From Eledone cirrhosa (taxonomy: Eukaryota), in the NCBI GenBank assembly GCA_964016885.1, contig OZ024740.1, positions 185,938,001 through 186,002,000 on the forward strand: a DNA stretch of 64,000 bases. Direction: 5' to 3'. The notes beneath the pieces are model-generated. The model saw nothing but the letters and a program-made list of their open reading frames with translations. It did not search any database and was not told where the DNA came from. Shown in pieces: positions 58,441-64,000 of the stretch (positions are counted from its first letter, which is position 1; the number at the start of each line of letters is the position of its first letter). The position numbers were made by a program, and so were the translations under genes.

Positions 58441-60485
58441 TTATATAATATTCAGCTTGTAGTGGGAAAAAAGGGTTTTAGTTCGGTGACGGCAGAATAA
58501 TGTTCGTTCAATTCTGTTATTAAGCAGTTTCTTCTTGTGTGTGATTATGTAATAAATCTCAAGATTACACAATTTGCAGAAATTTTGGCTCCTGGAAAAT
58601 CTTTGGGTTTTAGCTAATTTCTCCCATTTTAGGGTAAACTTTTGATCGCTATCCCTGAGCGTCCAAGCTTTTTCTGCTAAAGTTGTTACGTTTATTTGGC
58701 TCTGGTGTTTTATTGAGTAAGAATGCCTATATAATCGAGATTTAAACGATGTTGCTGTTGATCCCACGTAATACCATTCGTTGCCTCCGGATTTCATGGT
58801 ACACTTATAAATGATATTTTTTTCCAGGCAGTTATTGCCGAGGGGGCAGTTGTCAGGATAGGTGCAGTTACAGTTGTATACGTTGGGTTTACTCTGGAGT
58901 AGTATTGCGGACGAACTTAGGTGTGGTTTATTTATGTTCTGTAGTGTATTATCTACTGTTTTTTTTTGTGTTCTTTGTACTTAAGTTTTTAGTGTTTTCG
59001 TTTAACCTTCTAGTATTGAGCTTTTTGTGTTGTTCAAGGTTTAACGCTGTAGAGTTTGACAGTCTTATAGTGGTAGGGATTAGGATTGTGTGGTATTTGT
59101 GTGATGTAGGAAAATGTCTCTTAATTATTTTAAAGAAGAGTACTGGTAAATTTGTACTAATGGAACTATTGTATTCAGGGTTATACCATAAGTACTCTTT
59201 GCATCGCTTTCTATTAGTTTTGTTTGTTGGTTTACTGGTGTGTATACTATGGTAGTAAGTGTGGTTGGTGTTGTGTTATTATATCTACCTATGTGGGATT
59301 TATTTTGGGTGTTTTGATTGTTCTCATCTATATACTCTATTTTGTTGAGGTAGCCTGCTTTACTAAGGGCGTTATCGTAGTGCTCGGCGTGTTCCTTAAA
59401 TACTTGTATGTTAGAAGATAGACCCGAGATTCTAAGGGAAATACTTTTAGGGATAGATTTTTTTATAGAGATGGGGTGGTTACACCCAACATTTACGTAC
59501 TTGAGATTTTCATTCAATTTATGAAACGGTTTAATCAGACCAGAGTTTAAATTGAGTGTGATATCCAGGAAGTTAACTACGTTAAGGTTGTATTCATATG
59601 TTATAGTTAGTCCTATTTCGAGTAGTAGTTTTCTTATATCTTTGCGTAGTTTTTCTAGTTTTTGCTTATTTAGGTTTTTAACTAAGAGGAGAACATCGTC
59701 GCGGTATATTCCACCGTGGAGATTACTGAATTTTTCCTGGAGTCTAAAGGCGATGAATAACCCCACAATATCAGTTATTTCCGCCGAATCGTTAGAGCCC
59801 ATTGTTGTCAAAGTTAGAGGGTCTATCTTTACGAACCCAATAACTGTTCTCAAATTTGACTATAGTTTTCCTAGCTTCTAATATAATCTTAATTTCATCG
59901 TTTGTAAGGTCAGAGTTATCCTTAGCATACTTAATGGCTCTATTCAGAGTTTCAGGTGATATCGATGAGTAATATTCGTCGATATCAAACTGGATAAACT
60001 TAGATTTATTCTTATTGCTAATGCTATTAAACCATCTTATTGCTGCTTGGGTCTTCCCCCAGAGTTTAATGTTAACCTTAGCATTAATTTGGGGGATGAT
60101 TATATCTGAGATATATTTGCTTATTTTACCTATATCTGATTTAGAGGGGCAGATTAATCTAATTTTAGGGTCATTATCAAAGTTTACCTTATGATCCTTC
60201 AGATTGAAGGTGGGTACCGCCGGTAAGAGTGGTCCTGTCCTATCTTCGATTCCGAAATTTTTCACTATTTCGCATGCCTCATCATTGATGTGCTTAAGAG
60301 TTACTTCATTCGTTTTTCTATATTGTTTATGTAATTCTTTTCGAATGAAGTTGTTGTATGTAGTGCAGTCCATAGTATACAGGTTAGATGTTTTGTCTGC
60401 TTTTACTACTACAATTCCTTTGGTGTTTTTAAGGTCGTCCAGTAGTTTTTTAATATCTTTCTGCAATTTGTTGTTGGTGTTACGT

Positions 60486-60488
<3 letters not shown>
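58441..60488 (-). pseudogene. PLE RT + GIY-YIG endonuclease, frameshifted
   Basis: KADKTSNLY, RLICPSKSDIGKISK, FIQFDIDEYYSSIS, MGSNDSAE, GGIYRDDVL, CNCTYPDNCPL, YVGSTATSFKSRLYRH, CKLCNLE, FCRHR. Confidence 0.93.
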
Positions 60489-60529
<41 letters not shown>

Positions 60530-60533
<4 letters not shown>

Positions 60534-61262
60534 CATCCAGATAAAATGTGCTTACACCTCCATTGTACTTTATGCAAAACATATGGGTTTGCAAACACCA
60601 AGAAATCGTATTCGCACAAACCAGAGAAGCCGTAATCAGTGCTGCTCAAGAAGCATTAAGAATCATAGAAAAGATCACACAGAAAGTGATAATGTAGAAT
60701 TTGTGACATGAATGGCCTTGTGGCACATTCTATCTAATAGCTCAGAAAGAATATCAGCGAGATCATGACAATATAGCAAGGATAGTCCATTGGGTGCTTT
60801 GGGGCAATATGAACTTGACTGGGTAGAAAGGTGGTACCAACATAGCCCTGGGGGCGTTATCGAAAATGATGATACAAAGATCCTGTGGGACTTTGTGATA
60901 CAGTGTGAACATGAGATTGAGTATGCAATAAAGAAGAAAAACATGACAGCTATGACAGTATAGCTTGGAAGCTTAAGCATTTGTAGTCACTGGTAATATC
61001 AATAATAGTTTAAGTCTTAGGAATTGTAAGTAAAATATTGAGAAGTACATTAAACTAATAGGGATTGGAATACGGATGGATCTCTTACACAAATAGCTTT
61101 GCTTGGAACAGCTTGAATACTCCGGAGGTTACTCGAAAAATAAAGTGATTTATCTCAGTTCACAGATAGGGAACTTCCAATACTGTAATACATATCCACC
61201 ACTAGAAACTGAGCTAAGAAACGACAACAACAACAATGATAATAATATTAATATTAATAATA
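60530..61262 (+). mobile_element. R4/Dong-clade (RLE) non-LTR retrotransposon 3' remnant
   Basis: CRIC..AQKEYQRDHDNIARIVHW, WYQHSPGGVIENDDTKILWDFVIQCEHEI, LLGTA*ILRR. A degenerate (CAA/TAA)n tract follows. Confidence 0.8.
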
Positions 61263-62063
61263 TCGCAAGATTGCATGTGTTTATTTGTGAACGTGCAAGT
61301 TTAATTTACTATTACATATTTTTAATTTTGAATAGAAACACTGTTAAAGAGTTAATAGGATTTTCATATATTCACATGCTTTAACATATGTATGCGTAAA
61401 AATAATATATCGTCTCTATAATTTGAATGGTATCATGATAACTATGTTAAGGTGAGCTCGTTTTCGTATCAATACATTATATCACATAACTTCAGCACAA
61501 TACACACTTACATTTTTTTTTCGAAAAGATAACGCATCCAAATTATATATTCAATAAGACACCACAATATTAGAAGTATGCACTTCCCCAAAGAAACATA
61601 TTCCCCTTCTGTAACTTAATATGCTTTCATAAGTACTTACTCTTCAAATATAGCACCAACATCCTCAAAGTTTATCGTTGCAATAATATTCTTCACTATT
61701 TGTGTGATATTAAAATCATTGCCAGCAGTCATTTACAGCTTTTAGGAAATCTGTTTTACTATGTATGTACTTGTTAATCCGCCATTGACGTCAACAGTAT
61801 TCTATAATCAAATAGTTTTATTTTTTGTTTAACTAACATTTGTGGTAAAATATTTCCTATTACAATTTCAACATTTGTGAACTACTATCTAACAAATAGA
61901 TATGAAAATGTAAAGCCAACCAAAGTGATAGTATTGAAGGACTCATTTGTTTATATTACGAAACATCGTACGTCAATTCTAAAAAAAATCTATCTAAATA
62001 TTATTTATTTTTGTTTAATATACACGACTTGCAAATGTATCTATACAAACACAAACGTATGTA

Positions 62064-62134
<71 letters not shown>

Positions 62135-62329
62135 GGAATAGAATGAAATGAAATTTCATTTCTCACTCTTAGTACAGGACTTACTTAAATGTAATTATGT
62201 ATGTATGTATACGTACATACATATATGAATACAGACGTACAGTAGTATGTTTATATATACATACTACTGTACGTCTGTATACATTTATGCATTACGTATA
62301 CATACATACTATATATATATATATATATA

Positions 62330-62472
<143 letters not shown>

Positions 62473-63068
62473 GGGGTAACAAATAATAGTTAGATGCAGT
62501 CCATGTCAACCTTCTTTCCTGATATATATATATATATATATAGTTAAAAGAATAGAGGTGTAACACACAAGTTATTATATATTGGTAAACGGAATAGAAA
62601 ATGCTGACAAATTGTTCACAGTTGAAAAATGGTTTAATTAGGAATAAAAGAGTATTAGTGATTGTATGGGTTAGTATTCAGTTGTGGTGTTAAGTTTTTA
62701 AGTTTTTACCGGTTGCGCATTTCTAAATGCTTTTCAAAAATAATTTTGAGATAGAGTGTCCGTGCTGTTTGCTCTGATCTGATTAGTTTTGGGAATTCTA
62801 CCTGTTTTTATGTTAAAAATGTGGCTCCAGCGCTACTTGGTGTTTGCAAAAATTCTTGTGGTCAAAACAATTTTGATTGGTCGGTAGAGGTCATGTGAAT
62901 AAAAAATTGGTTTTGCGCCAAGATTGAGAAATGACTCTTTCACAACAAATATGTGTGTGTGTGTGTGTAGTAGTAGTAAGGTGTTCGATGTTGTGATAAT
63001 GGTTAGCAGGGATGTGTGTCAAATGGCTATTAAGATAAGTGTGTGTGTGTGTGTGTGTGTGTCTGTGT

Positions 63069-63150
<82 letters not shown>

Positions 63151-63524
63151 TGCAGAGTAATTCGTGGTAGCAGGGATGGTCAGTAAGAATGTGTCTGAAA
63201 GCAATGGGGGGTATTTTAGCATGTCAAAAGATATTTTTCAGCTTTTGTCTTATACGGAGAAGTGTGTGTGTATAAGTCTCTTTGTATGTTAATGTACGCG
63301 TGTGTATGTGTGTGTGTATATATATATGTGTTTTGTGTGTGTGTGGGTGGACCAGTATTTTTTTCCCCCTGGTAAAATGGTGTACATTATTCGATTTTTT
63401 CATTAAAATCGGCACTCTTAATAGAACATTAAAAATCTTAACAATAAAAGGTGTGAAATGATATTCACTATATATATATACACATACATATACTCACTAT
63501 ATATATATACACACACATACATAT

Positions 63525-63600
<76 letters not shown>

Positions 63601-64000
63601 TTTTTTTGTGTTGCACCATAGAGCATGTGTGTTTACGTATGTCATTGTGTTTTTATGTGGGTAGAGATGTGTGCTGATGTAGGTATGTATGTTGACGTGT
63701 GTATGTTGTGGGTTCGTCTTAGGGAGAAGTGTTTAGACGGGGTCCGTATTTGTTATATATATATATATATATATATAAGAAGAAATTAAAAGATGGTTAA
63801 AAAAGTTCCATGTATTTTATTATGTGCATTTCAAAAACAAATATCATCCTAGGACGATATTTGCGTTCTCATAAGATGAAATAGGGAGACATGATATGAT
63901 GCTTAAAAAACACTTGTGAACAAGGTAGTGTCTAATCAACATATGATAAATAAATTTAAAAGGATATAGAAGATTGGAAAAAAGGGAGAGGAAGGGGAAA

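Larger units (their letters stand above)
57435..60488 (-). mobile_element. 5'-truncated Naiad-type PLE with 3' tail and HHR, between TA tracts
   Basis: ORF remnant 58441-60488 followed by a ~1-kb 3' region. Confidence 0.88.

Noticed and set aside
62540-63755. Possible further PLE 3' region on the minus strand between TA tracts
   Set aside because: No clear ORF motif or complete HHR could be read.

Overview
AT-rich, microsatellite-saturated eukaryotic intergenic or intronic DNA. The SINE family and repeat style suggest a cephalopod (Octopus-like) genome; this is inference. I found no convincing host exon, and most predicted ORFs are (TA)n/(CA)n artefacts. The window is dominated by Penelope-like retroelements (PLEs): six decayed Naiad-type RT/GIY-YIG copies or fragments and one Penelope/Poseidon-type fragment. 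There are also many ORF-less PLE-tail elements. About 13 insertions share one architecture: two copies back-to-back with both 3' tails pointing outward and ending in (TA)n. More than 20 type I hammerhead ribozyme (HHR) motifs can be folded by eye in these tails. They include recurrent compensatory U3-A8 cores, a family-fixed CAGAAGA core, very long stem II inserts and family-specific palindromic stem III sequences. One 590-bp HHR unit occurs as a tandem plus an inverted, circularly permuted copy, which resembles a retrozyme. Also present are tRNA-derived SINEs (some with clear TSDs), non-autonomous Helitrons, and RTE and R4/Dong LINE fragments. All folds and alignments were done by eye and the boundaries are approximate.
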